The notes under the pieces were generated by a model. The model was not told where the DNA came from and did no database searches. It saw only the letters and a program-made list of their open reading frames with translations. A stretch of DNA of 64,000 nt from an uncultured Chloroflexia bacterium (GTDB lineage Bacteria; Chloroflexota; Limnocylindria; Limnocylindrales; CSP1-4): the NCBI GenBank assembly GCA_963778025.1, contig CAVZTA010000013.1:27811-91810 (forward strand), read 5' to 3'. Within the stretch, counting starts at the first letter, position 1, and each line of letters starts with the position of its first letter. Positions 26,373-36,299 of the stretch are shown piece by piece. The position numbers and the translations under genes are program-made.

Positions 26373-27826
26373 TGTGTGGCGTCACGGGCGTCGTGCTGCC
26401 GAACAGCTCGGGGTTCGAGGCTGCCGCGGTGGCGGCGACAGCGCTGCTCGCGCTGCAGCACCGAGGCCAGGAATCGGCCGGCCTGGCCGCATCCGACGGG
26501 GAGCACGTCCTGGTCTACAAGGACCTCGGCCTGGTGACGTCGGTCCTCGACGACCGCCGGCTGCCCTCGCTGCGCGGCGACCTCGCGATCGCCCACTGCC
26601 GCTATTCGACGACCGGTTCGACCGTCTGGGAGAACGCGCAGCCCACCTTCCGGTTCGGCCCGCGCCGGACGCTCGCCGTCGGACACAACGGCAACCTCGT
26701 CAATACCCGCGAGCTGCTGGCGCTCCTGTCCGGCGGGCTGGGACGGCTGCCCGCGACCACCGACACGGAGCTGCTGACCGCGCTGCTCGCGGACGACGAG
26801 GGCGTCGACACGGTCGATGCACTGGTGCGGGTCCTGCCGAAGGTGCGCGGCGCATTCAGCCTCGTCCTCCTCGACGAGCGGCGCGTCATCGGCGTCCGCG
26901 ACCCGCACGGCTTCCGGCCGCTGGTCATCGGCCGCCTGCCGGCGTCCGCCGTCCCGGGCCGCGATGACGCCCCGGGACTCTGGCCGGACGACACCGCGGG
27001 CTGGATCATCGCCAGCGAGACCGCCGCCCTCGACGTCGTCGGGGCGGAGGTCGTGCGGGACGTCGAGCCCGGCGAGATCGTCGTCCTCGAGCCGGGCCAG
27101 GAGCCGCGCTCCGTCCGCTATGCCGAGGCGAACCCGGCGCTGTGCGTCTTCGAGCTCATCTACTTCGCTCGCCCGGACTCGTACATGGAGGGGCGGAACC
27201 TCTACCAGGTGCGGCTGCGGATGGGCATGGAGCTGGCGGGCGAGCATCCGGTCGACGCGGACCTGGTGATGCCCGTGCCGGACACCGGTGCGCCGGCCGC
27301 GGCGGGGTTCGCGGAGGCCACCGGGATCCCCTACCGGGAGGGCATGGTCCGCAACCGGTACACCGGCCGGACGTTCATCCAGCCGTCGCAGGCGATGCGC
27401 CAGCGCGGGGTCTCGGTGAAGCTGTCGCCCCTTCGCGAGGTCGTCCGCGGGCAGCGGCTGGTGGTGGTCGACGACTCGATCGTGCGCGGCACGACGACCC
27501 AGCAGATCGTGGCCTCGCTGCGCAAGGCCGGCGCGCGCGAGATCCACGTCCGGATCTCGGCCCCGCCGATCTATCACCCGTGCTTCTACGGCATCGATAC
27601 CCAGGTCGAGACGGAGCTCATCGCGTCGACCCACTCGCTCGAGGAGATCCGGCGCTTCATCGACGCGGACTCGCTGGGCTACCTGTCGATCCGGGGCGTC
27701 CTCTCGGCGCTGGACCTGCCGTACGAGCAGTTCTGCTTCGCGTGCTTCGACGGGCGCTACCCGGAGCCCGTCCCGTACGACGCCGGCGAACGCAAGTTCA
27801 TGCTCGAGATGGCCGGCACGCGGTGA
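26372..27826 (+). CDS. purF: Amidophosphoribosyltransferase
   Basis: N-terminal [27 protein letters not shown], Fe-S cysteines (CVFE, CFYG, CFACF). Confidence 0.98.
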   Translation: MCGVTGVVLPNSSGFEAAAVAATALLALQHRGQESAGLAASDGEHVLVYKDLGLVTSVLDDRRLPSLRGDLAIAHCRYSTTGSTVWENAQPTFRFGPRRTLAVGHNGNLVNTRELLALLSGGLGRLPATTDTELLTALLADDEGVDTVDALVRVLPKVRGAFSLVLLDERRVIGVRDPHGFRPLVIGRLPASAVPGRDDAPGLWPDDTAGWIIASETAALDVVGAEVVRDVEPGEIVVLEPGQEPRSVRYAEANPALCVFELIYFARPDSYMEGRNLYQVRLRMGMELAGEHPVDADLVMPVPDTGAPAAAGFAEATGIPYREGMVRNRYTGRTFIQPSQAMRQRGVSVKLSPLREVVRGQRLVVVDDSIVRGTTTQQIVASLRKAGAREIHVRISAPPIYHPCFYGIDTQVETELIASTHSLEEIRRFIDADSLGYLSIRGVLSALDLPYEQFCFACFDGRYPEPVPYDAGERKFMLEMAGTR

Positions 27827-28951
27827 GCCGCACGGCGTACGCCCACGCCGGCGTCGACGTCGAGGCCGGGGACCGCGCGGTCGAGCTGATGCGCGCGGCG
27901 GTGGCCGCGACGCACGTCCCGGGCGTGCTCGGCGGCCTCGGCGGGTTCGGGGCGGCGTTCGCGGTGCCTCCGGGCTATCGCGAGCCGGTGCTGATCTCCG
28001 CGACCGACGGCGTGGGCACGAAGACCGCCATCGCGAACGCCGTCGCGGCGGTTCGACACCATCGGCCATGACCTCGTCGCGATGTGCGCGGACGACGTCG
28101 TGTGCGCCGGCGCCGCGCCCCTGTTCTTCCTCGACTACGTGGCGGTGGGCCGGCTGGACCCGATCCAGGTCGCGGAGCTCGTCGGCGGCATCGCGGACGG
28201 GTGCCGGCTCGCCGGCTGTGCGCTGGTGGGCGGCGAGACGGCCGAGCACCCGGGGCTGATGGGCGAGGACGACTTCGACCTCGCCGGGTTCTGCGTGGGG
28301 ATCGTGGAGCGCGCGGCGCTGCTGGACGGGACGGCTGCGCGGGCGGGCGATGTGATCCTGGGCCTGCCGTCGAACGGGCTGCATGCGAACGGCTTCTCGC
28401 TCGTGCGCGCGCTCGTGGCGCAGCACGACCTCCGGCTGGACGAGCCGTACCAGGCGTTCGTGCGCCGCACGCTCGGCGACGCGGATGCCGTTGCGGCGCT
28501 CCACGGCGAGGACGCCGCGGCGTTCCAGACGCTGGGTGAGGTGCTGCTGACGCCGACCCGCATCTACGCGCCCGCGGTCGTGGCACTGCGCGACGGGCTG
28601 GCGGCGCGCGGCTCGGGGCTCCACGGTGTGGCCCATATCACCGGGGGTGGCCTGCCGGGCAACGTGCCACGGATGCTGGGCGACGGCCTGGGCGCCCGTC
28701 TCGATCCCGCGCGCTGGCGGATGCCGTCGGTCATGCGCTGGCTGGGCGCCCTCGGCGACATCGCGGACGACGAGCTGCGCGCGACGTTCAACGGCGGTCT
28801 CGGGATGGTCGTCGCGGTCGCGCCGGCCGACGTGGATGCGGCGCTCGCGATCCTGGGCACGGCCGGTGTCGAGTCGCTCGCGATCGGCGAGGTGGTCACG
28901 ACGGCCGAGCTCGGCGGGGAACGGTACGCGGAGGGTCCCGTTGGCGGGTGA
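27823..28951 (+). CDS. purM: AIR synthetase; frameshift near 28050
   Basis: [15 protein letters not shown]; shifted frame [29 protein letters not shown]. Confidence 0.95.
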
Positions 28952-31163
28952 GGGGTCGGGTCACCGCCTCGCGGTCGCGGTCAGTGGCACCGGCTCGAAC
29001 CTGCGGGCGCTGGTCGGCGCGGCTCGACGCCGGGAGCTCGGTGGCGACATCGCGCTGGTCGTCGCCGATCGACCCTGCGCGGCGCTCGACTGGGCCGCGG
29101 AGGAGGGGATCGACACGGCGCTGATCCCCCGGGGCAGCGACGACGCCGTGTGCGACGCGCTCGCCTCGGCATCGGTCGATGCGCTGGTCCTGGCCGGGTA
29201 CCTGCGGCTCGTCGGGCCGCGTGTCCTTGCCCGCTGGAAGGGCCGCATCCTCAATGTCCATCCGTCGCTGCTCCCGGCGTTCCCGGGGATGCATGCCGTG
29301 CGTGACGCGCTGGCGGCGGGTGTCGCCGTCACGGGCGTCACCGTCCACCTGGTCGACGAGACGCTGGATGGCGGTCCGATCGTCGCCCAGGAGGCGGTGC
29401 CGATCCTGCCGACCGATGACGAGCGTTCGCTCGCCGCTCGGCTCCACGCTGTCGAGCATCGGCTGCTCCCCCGAGCGGTCGCGGCGCTCCTGGCCGGCGC
29501 GCTCCGCAGCGACGGTCGCCGGGTGACGTTCGATCCGGTCGTGGCCGACGCCCGCATCCCCGTCCCGCGCCGGGCGCTCCTCTCGGTGAGCGACAAGACC
29601 GGCCTGGTCGAGCTGGCCCGCGGCCTGGTCGCGCGCCGCTTCGAGCTCGTGTCGACGGGCGGCACGGCGCGGGCGCTGCGCGACGCCGGCCTGCCGGTCA
29701 CCGATGTCGCCGCGGTCACCGGGTTCCCGGAGATGCTCGACGGGCGCGTGAAGACGCTCGATCCGCATATCCACGCGGGGGTCCTGGCCGATCGCCGCCT
29801 GCCGGCCCATCGCGAGGCGCTGCTCGCCGCCGGGATCGCCCCGTTCGAGCTCGTCGTCGTCAACCTGTACCCGTTCGCGGAGGCGTCTCGCCGACCGGGC
29901 ATCACGTTCGACGAGCTGGTCGAGGAGATCGACATCGGTGGGCCGTCGATGGTCCGGGCGGCGGCCAAGAACCACGCGAACGTGGCCATCGTCACCTCAC
30001 CCGCGCAGTACGAGCGCGTCCTCGCGGCGCTGGACGAGCCAGATGGGCTTGCCGATCCGCTCCGCGGCGAGCTGGCCGTCGAGGCGTTCCGCCACACCGC
30101 GGCGTACGACGCGCGGATCGCGGCCGAGCTGCCGGCACGCATGGGCGGCGCGGACGACGCCGATCCCTTCCCCGACCGCCTGACGATCAGCCTCGAGAAG
30201 GTCGACACGCTGCGCTACGGCGAGAATCCGCATCAGCCGGCCGCCCGCTATCGACGGGTCGACCGGGAGCCGACGGCCGCGGACGGCCCCTTCGCGACCG
30301 GTCAGCCGCCACTCCAGGGCAAGCCGTTGTCGTACAACAACGTGCTCGACGCCTCGGCCGCCGCCGGCCTGGCCCGCCTGCTGGACGCCCCATCCGCGGT
30401 CATCGTGAAGCACACGAACCCGTGTGGCGTCGCGATCCGCCCGACGCTCCTGGAGGCGTGGCGGGCCGCGCTCTCGGGCGATCCCGTCTCAGCGTTCGGC
30501 GGCGTGGTCGCGCTGCGCGGCACGGTCGACGGGGACGTCGCCGCGGCCCTCACGGAGCTCTTCCTCGAGGTCGTCGTCGCGCCCGCGTTCGATGCCCGCG
30601 CCCTCGAGATCCTGGCCGCGAAGCCGAACCTCCGCCTCGTCGTCGACCCCACCCTGGACACGGCGACCGTCACACCGCCCCGCCTCGATCCGCTCGCCGG
30701 TCTTCGTTCGGCGGGCGGCGCCGTCCTCGTCACGGCTCCTGACACGCTCCACGACGACCCGTCCACGTGGCAGGTCGTGAGCGCTCGCCAGCCCACGGAT
30801 CGTGAGCGCACGGACCTCGACCTCGCGTGGCGCATCGTCCGGGCCGTCATCTCGAACGCGATCGTCCTCGTGCGGGACGGCATGGAGATCGGCTTCGGCA
30901 GCGGCCAGACGTCGCGCGTCGATGCCTGCGCCCAGGCCGTGGAGAAGGCCCGGCGCTTCCACGGCGAGGAGGCACTCCGCGGCGCGGTCGCGGCGAGCGA
31001 CGCGTTCTTCCCGTTCGCCGACGGCCCGCAGCTGCTCATCGAGGCCGGGATCATCGCCATCGTCCAGCCCGGTGGCTCGCTGCGCGACCAGGAGACCACC
31101 GAGCTCGCCGACCGCCACGGCGTCGCGATGCTCCACACCGGCACCCGCCACTTCCGTCACTGA
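28941..31163 (+). CDS. purH: Fused GAR transformylase (PurN) and IMP cyclohydrolase/AICAR transformylase (PurH)
   Basis: PurN: SGTGSNL, NVHPSLLP, GVTVH...LDGGPI; PurH: RALLSVSDK, STGGTA, GRVKTL, IDIGGP, RYGENPHQ, KHTNPCG, SDAFFPF, RHFRH; no stop between them. Confidence 0.92.
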   Translation: MAGEGSGHRLAVAVSGTGSNLRALVGAARRRELGGDIALVVADRPCAALDWAAEEGIDTALIPRGSDDAVCDALASASVDALVLAGYLRLVGPRVLARWKGRILNVHPSLLPAFPGMHAVRDALAAGVAVTGVTVHLVDETLDGGPIVAQEAVPILPTDDERSLAARLHAVEHRLLPRAVAALLAGALRSDGRRVTFDPVVADARIPVPRRALLSVSDKTGLVELARGLVARRFELVSTGGTARALRDAGLPVTDVAAVTGFPEMLDGRVKTLDPHIHAGVLADRRLPAHREALLAAGIAPFELVVVNLYPFAEASRRPGITFDELVEEIDIGGPSMVRAAAKNHANVAIVTSPAQYERVLAALDEPDGLADPLRGELAVEAFRHTAAYDARIAAELPARMGGADDADPFPDRLTISLEKVDTLRYGENPHQPAARYRRVDREPTAADGPFATGQPPLQGKPLSYNNVLDASAAAGLARLLDAPSAVIVKHTNPCGVAIRPTLLEAWRAALSGDPVSAFGGVVALRGTVDGDVAAALTELFLEVVVAPAFDARALEILAAKPNLRLVVDPTLDTATVTPPRLDPLAGLRSAGGAVLVTAPDTLHDDPSTWQVVSARQPTDRERTDLDLAWRIVRAVISNAIVLVRDGMEIGFGSGQTSRVDACAQAVEKARRFHGEEALRGAVAASDAFFPFADGPQLLIEAGIIAIVQPGGSLRDQETTELADRHGVAMLHTGTRHFRH

Positions 31164-31342
31164 CGTCGCGCGGCACCGGCTCCTGGCGACCGATCACGAA
31201 CACGAGCGACTCGGGTGCCGCGTGCAGGTGAGCCGTATCCTCCCGTCAGGCGCGCCGCACGCTCTCGCGAGCGTGATCGTTCCTCGCGTCGTCGAACAGG
31301 AGACGCAGCCGGTGGCGGGTCGACTCCGTATGCGGGCGGGCC

Positions 31343-32121
31343 GTGGCTGACCTGAACGTCGGGCAACTGGGCCTGCTGCTCGCCGTGACACTGGCGTCTG
31401 CCGTCGAGTTCGTCGAGGCGTTCACGATCGTGCTCGCCATGGGGATCACCCGCGACTGGCGCTCGACGCTGGCCGGGACCGCCCTGGCGCTCGTGGCACT
31501 CGCGGCGGTGACGCTGTTCGCCGGCTACGCCCTCATCGAGTGGTTCCCGGAGGCGCTGCTCCAGCTGGTGATCGGCACCCTGCTGCTCATCTTCGGGTTG
31601 CAATGGCTGCGGAAGGCGATCCTTCGCGCAGCGGGGCTCAAGGCGCAGCACGACGAGGACGCGATCTTCCACGAGGAAGCCGCCGCGGCACGTGGGGCAC
31701 GCCGGGAGTCGGTCATGGGACTTGACTGGTTCGCGTTCGTGGTGTCCTTCAAGGGCGTGTTCCTCGAGGGCCTCGAGGTCGTGTTCATCGTCCTGACCTT
31801 CGGGTTGTCAGCGGGCAACGTTCCGTTGGCCGTGGCCGGTGCTGCGGTCGCCGGAACGACCGTCCTCGTCGTGGGTGCACTGCTCCATCGTCCGCTGTCG
31901 CGCGTCCCGGAGAACACCATCAAGTACGGCGTCGGGATCCTGCTCTCGACGTTCGGGACCTTCTGGGCGGTCGAGGGTCTGGGCGTGTTCGCTCCGGACG
32001 GGCAGAGCCTGGAGTGGCCCGGCGCTGAGGCGGCCTTGATCGTCGTCCTGGTCACCTGGATCGCCGTGTCGCAGGTGCTGATCACGACCTTGCGGCGCCG
32101 GCAGTGCCCGCGGCGGCCTGA
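31343..32121 (+). CDS. COG4280-like multipass membrane protein (putative metal-ion transporter); probable frameshift near 32100
   Basis: About 6 TM helices, acidic motifs VEFVEA and FLEGLE, VPENTIK; TGA at 32121 in adjacent frame. Confidence 0.7.
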
Positions 32122-32132
32122 GGGGCGATCGC

Positions 32133-32336
32133 GTGCGGTGGATCGCGGCGTTCGGTCGCTTCTGGTACGACTTCATCATCGGCGACGATTGGCGGATCGC
32201 CGCCGGCGTGATCTCGGTGCTCGCCGGCGGTGCCGCGGCGCTGGTCGTCGGCGTGTCGCCCGAGATCATCGCGCCGGTGGTCGGGATCGCGATCGTCCTG
32301 GTGTTCGCGATCCCCTTGGCTCGCGTCGCGCGCTGA
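32133..32336 (+). CDS. Small membrane protein
   Basis: FGRFWYDFIIGDDW motif plus two TM helices; GAGGGG SD. Confidence 0.7.
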   Translation: MRWIAAFGRFWYDFIIGDDWRIAAGVISVLAGGAAALVVGVSPEIIAPVVGIAIVLVFAIPLARVAR

Positions 32337-32376
32337 TCGAGGCGACAGCCTCGGATCCCGCAGCGTGCCGGGCTGT

Positions 32377-32523
32377 ATGCAGATCCTGCATGTCGTGACC
32401 CTCGGGAGCACCTGACCCGCCGATCCGATGCACGCGCGGCATATCCCGGGCGAGGTCATGGACGAGGTGCATACCTCCGACGAGTTCGGGTGCCCCGCCG
32501 GTCACGACAGTCAGTTGCTGCAT
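32377..32523. repeat. Intergenic inverted repeat pair (REPIN-like)
   Basis: ATGCAG-N8-TGTCGTGACC (32377-32400) and its reverse complement at 32500-32523. Confidence 0.6.
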
Positions 32524-32609
32524 CCCGGACCGGGTCCAGCGGTCAAGCCACCCTGAGACGCCGCTGAAATCGGGCGCCACGGTCCGGTCCGTGTATCGTC
32601 GCCCCTGAG

Positions 32610-33497
32610 ATGGCCGATCCCGTACCGAACCGCCTCCGCTGGAGCGAGATCCGCAAGGAGCTGCCGATGCGCAGCCTCAAGCGGACGTTCACGCGCGGCA
32701 ACGGCGGCAAGCTCGCGTTCGTGTGGGTGCTCGGTGCCGGCGTCCTGATCACCCTGGCGGCGAACCCGCTGCTCGCCGGCGTCTTCTCGGTGGCGTGCGC
32801 GATCCTCGCCGTGCCCATCACCCGCGACGAGCTCAAGGACGACGCCGTCCGCCGCGACCTCATCGAACAGGTCATCGGCGAACGCTTCGCCACGCCCGGC
32901 ATCAGCGACCCGGAGCTCAAGGACGAGCTGAGCCGCACGCGCCGCACGCTCACGGAGATGGCCGGGCGCATCTCGCGCTCCGAGCAGCGCGGCCGGACCG
33001 ACACGCCGCTCGAGAGCGTGTTCGCCGACGCCACCGAGCTCGCGAGCCTCCAGCTCGAATCGGCCCAGCAGGCGGAGGACCTCGACCGCATCGTCGACTT
33101 CGTGCTGCGCAACGAGCTGGAGCGCGGCGCGTCGACGCGATGGGGACCCGGCCACGAGCCGTCGGAGGTCGTCCGGCAGCGGCGCGAGCAACAGGCCCGG
33201 GCCGCGATGCAGGCGACCGACGACCAGCTTCGCAGCCGGAACCTCAAAGCCGTCCTCGAGGAATCGAAGGCAGCACGGGAGATGGTCACGACCATCGGCG
33301 GTCAGCTGGAAACGATGCTCCTGCAGGGATTCCAGATCGAACGCGATACCGTGGACGTCGCCCGTGCCGAGCACGCGGCCCAGGAATCGCACGAAGCCGT
33401 CGCGCGGTTGCAGGACGTCGTGGACGCCCGGCGCCGCGCCGCAACACGACTGAACGACCTGTTCACCCCCGAAGGGGAGACGGGGGCCCGGGCCTGA
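32610..33497 (+). CDS. Two-TM membrane protein with long cytoplasmic helical/coiled-coil region
   Basis: Two hydrophobic helices near aa 35-70 followed by a charged helical region. Confidence 0.8.
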   Translation: MADPVPNRLRWSEIRKELPMRSLKRTFTRGNGGKLAFVWVLGAGVLITLAANPLLAGVFSVACAILAVPITRDELKDDAVRRDLIEQVIGERFATPGISDPELKDELSRTRRTLTEMAGRISRSEQRGRTDTPLESVFADATELASLQLESAQQAEDLDRIVDFVLRNELERGASTRWGPGHEPSEVVRQRREQQARAAMQATDDQLRSRNLKAVLEESKAAREMVTTIGGQLETMLLQGFQIERDTVDVARAEHAAQESHEAVARLQDVVDARRRAATRLNDLFTPEGETGARA

Positions 33498-33528
33498 CGC
33501 CCGGGCGAGGGGAAGAGAGGAAGCTCGC

Positions 33529-35343
33529 ATGGCATTCCGCCCGGGTGGACAGGGCGTCCGCTCGAACTGGCTCGCGCTCGCGCTGGGCCTCGCGGTGGTG
33601 TTCTTCGTCGTCGCGGTGGCCGGCCAGTTCATCGGCAGCCGGGGCGGCGACCCGACCGGGACCGGTGTCCCGGGCCAGGAGACCCCGACCCCGCCGCCCA
33701 ACGCGGTCGCGATCTCGATCGCCAGCTCGAATACGAAGGAAGCGTGGCTCCACCAGGCGGTCGATGCGTTCAACGCCGCGGCCGCCAGCGACACGGCGCT
33801 CCAGGTCGGCGGCAAGCCCGTCTATGTGACGGTGCTCCAGGAGGTCGTCGACGGCAAGAACGTCGACTACCGCTCCGGCACGATGGTCAGCGACACCCTC
33901 GGCGGCCGGATCGAGCCGACCGTCCTGTCACCCGGCGACGTCTCGTGGCTGAGCAAGCTCGAGCACGAGTGGAGCTCGCAGAAGGGCGGCGACCCGATCG
34001 GCGCCGCCGACTCGCCCATCGTCGCCCGCACGCCCGTCGTCGTCGCGATGTGGCAGTCGCGCGCCGCCGCCCTCGGCTGCTGGCCCACCGCGGGCCCGGA
34101 CTGCACCTGGTCCCGCCTCCGCGACCTCGCGGTGGCGACCGACGGCTGGGGATCGGCCGGCCACCCCGAATGGCGTCGCTTCAAGTTCGGCTATGGCTAC
34201 TTCGGTGAATCGAACTCGGGCACGCTCGCCATCACCGCGATGTGCGCGGCCGGCCTCGGCAAGTCCGCCGGGCTCACGGTCGCGGACATCGACCCCGCGA
34301 ACGGCTGTGGCCAGTTCGTGACCCAGATCGAGAAGGCCAAGGTCCACTCCGGCAAGTCCGATGTGTGGCTGCTCGACCAGATGACCGGTGGCGGGCCCGA
34401 GTACCTCGACGGCGTCGTGACCTACGAATCGAATGTCATCGCCCGGAACAAGTCGGCCGGCGCCACGCTCCGCGAGCCGCTGGTGAGCGTCTACCCGCAG
34501 GACGGCACCATCGTCGCCGGCCATCCGTACGCGATCCTCGACGGCGCACCGTGGATCACCGACGAGCAGGTCCAGGCGGCCGGCGTGTTCCGCGACTACC
34601 TTCTCTCGAAGGAGCAGCAGACGAAGCTCCTGGAGCTCGGCCTGCGACCTGCCGACACCAGCGTCCCGCTGACGTCGCCCATCGACCCCGCGCTGGGCGC
34701 CAACCCGAACGCGAATCTCGTCGGCATCCAGATGCCCGACACGCTCGTGATCGACCGGATCGGCGAGGTGTGGCACCAGGTCCGGAAGCACGCCGCGATC
34801 GCGATCGTGTTCGACAAGTCGGGCTCGATGGCCGATAGCGGCAAGATCACCTACGCGGTGAAGGGCGCCCAGGAGTTCGTGAAGCGCATGGAGCCCACGG
34901 ATACCCTGCTCTGGATGCCGTTCGACAGCGAGATCTACGCGCCGGTGACCGGCCTGAAGTCCCAGATCGGCGAGCAGCTCATCTCGACCATCGGCGGCAC
35001 GCCCGCCGAGGGTGGCACGGCGCTCTACGACGCGGTCCTCTCGGCCTACGCCGAACTCTCGAAGATCCGAGCGACCGAGGGTGACTCGCTGCGCTACGGC
35101 ATCGTCGTGCTGTCGGACGGGCAGGACCAGAACAGCAACGCCTCGCTGGCCCAGCTCGAGGCCCAGCTCCAGCCGGGCGAAGCGGATCCGACGGGCATCC
35201 AGATCCATACCATCGCCATCGGCGACGACGCCGACGAGACGGTGCTCAAGAAGATCGCCAATGCGGCCCACGGGCGCTACTGGAAGACCCAGCAGGAGTC
35301 CGAGGTCGTGAACGTCTACCGGGACATCGCCGCGTACTTCTAG
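33529..35343 (+). CDS. Membrane-anchored extracellular solute-binding-fold plus VWA domain protein
   Basis: N-terminal TM; SBP-like region (SSNTK, SNSGTL, TYES, YPQDGT); VWA MIDAS DKSGS...GGTALYD...VVLSDG. Confidence 0.88.
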   Translation: MAFRPGGQGVRSNWLALALGLAVVFFVVAVAGQFIGSRGGDPTGTGVPGQETPTPPPNAVAISIASSNTKEAWLHQAVDAFNAAAASDTALQVGGKPVYVTVLQEVVDGKNVDYRSGTMVSDTLGGRIEPTVLSPGDVSWLSKLEHEWSSQKGGDPIGAADSPIVARTPVVVAMWQSRAAALGCWPTAGPDCTWSRLRDLAVATDGWGSAGHPEWRRFKFGYGYFGESNSGTLAITAMCAAGLGKSAGLTVADIDPANGCGQFVTQIEKAKVHSGKSDVWLLDQMTGGGPEYLDGVVTYESNVIARNKSAGATLREPLVSVYPQDGTIVAGHPYAILDGAPWITDEQVQAAGVFRDYLLSKEQQTKLLELGLRPADTSVPLTSPIDPALGANPNANLVGIQMPDTLVIDRIGEVWHQVRKHAAIAIVFDKSGSMADSGKITYAVKGAQEFVKRMEPTDTLLWMPFDSEIYAPVTGLKSQIGEQLISTIGGTPAEGGTALYDAVLSAYAELSKIRATEGDSLRYGIVVLSDGQDQNSNASLAQLEAQLQPGEADPTGIQIHTIAIGDDADETVLKKIANAAHGRYWKTQQESEVVNVYRDIAAYF

Positions 35344-35427
35344 GCGCCTGCGAGGCCGGCGCGCGTCGCCGGTTTGCGCGCGGCGCGCCGGACCGCGACA
35401 CTCGACCCGACCGCTACGAGGACATCG

Positions 35428-36274
35428 ATGGGCCGCTTCTTCGCCTCCATCCGGCGCTGGTTCGACTTCTTCTTCCTCCGGCGCAGCGAGGACGTCCGCC
35501 GCTCCGCCGACGGGCAGTTCACCGGCTCCGTCGAGGGCATCCGCGCGGCGTACGCGATCGACCGTGACCGCCTGGCCAAGGACTTCCGTGGACTGCAGGA
35601 GGCCGTCGCCCAGGTCCTCCAGGTGTCCGAGGACAAGAAGATCCGGCTGGAACGCCTGGATGCCGAGGAGAAGGATCTCCAGGCCCAGCTCAACGGCGCC
35701 ATCCGTGCAGCCGAGCAGGCGCAGGCGACGGGCGACACGGCCGGGTACGAGAAGGCGCAGGCCGCGTACACCCGCTACAAGACGCGCCTCACTGATATCG
35801 ACGCCTCGCCAGGAACAGCTGACCGCCGAGGTCGCCGCGCTCGAGAAGAGCATCCAGACCCACATGGGCCGGCTCACCGAGTTCCAGGCCCGGCTCGAGG
35901 CGCTGCCGCAGGAGGAGGCGGAGACCGTCGCCGACTTCGTCTCGGCCAAGCAGATCATCGAGCTCAACAACCGCCTGATGAACGCATCCGACTCGTTGAA
36001 GGAAGGGCCGACGGCCACCGTCCGCGAGCAGGTGCGCCAGATGTCGTCCCAGGCGCGGATCACCGAGAAGCTCGCCGGCACCGACGTCAAGCTCCAGGAC
36101 CAGGAGTACGCGACGCTGGGCAAGCAGATGGAGGGCGAGGACTCGCTCGAAGCCGTCCTGCGCGCCCGCAAGGCACAGCGTGCCGCGGCCGAGGGGACGC
36201 CGCTCCCGGAGCAGCCCGTCGCCGAATCGGCCACCGCGGAGCCCGCCGAGCCGGCCGAGCGGCCGCGGATCTGA
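35428..36274 (+). CDS. PspA/IM30/Vipp1 (ESCRT-III-like) protein; one extra base near 35806
   Basis: N-terminal amphipathic helix MGRFFASIRRWFDFFF, long helical hairpin with AQATGD turn, C-terminal DSLEAVLRARK helix; about 280 aa once joined. Confidence 0.7.
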
Positions 36275-36299
36275 CCGGGGTGACCGCGGATCTGACGAG

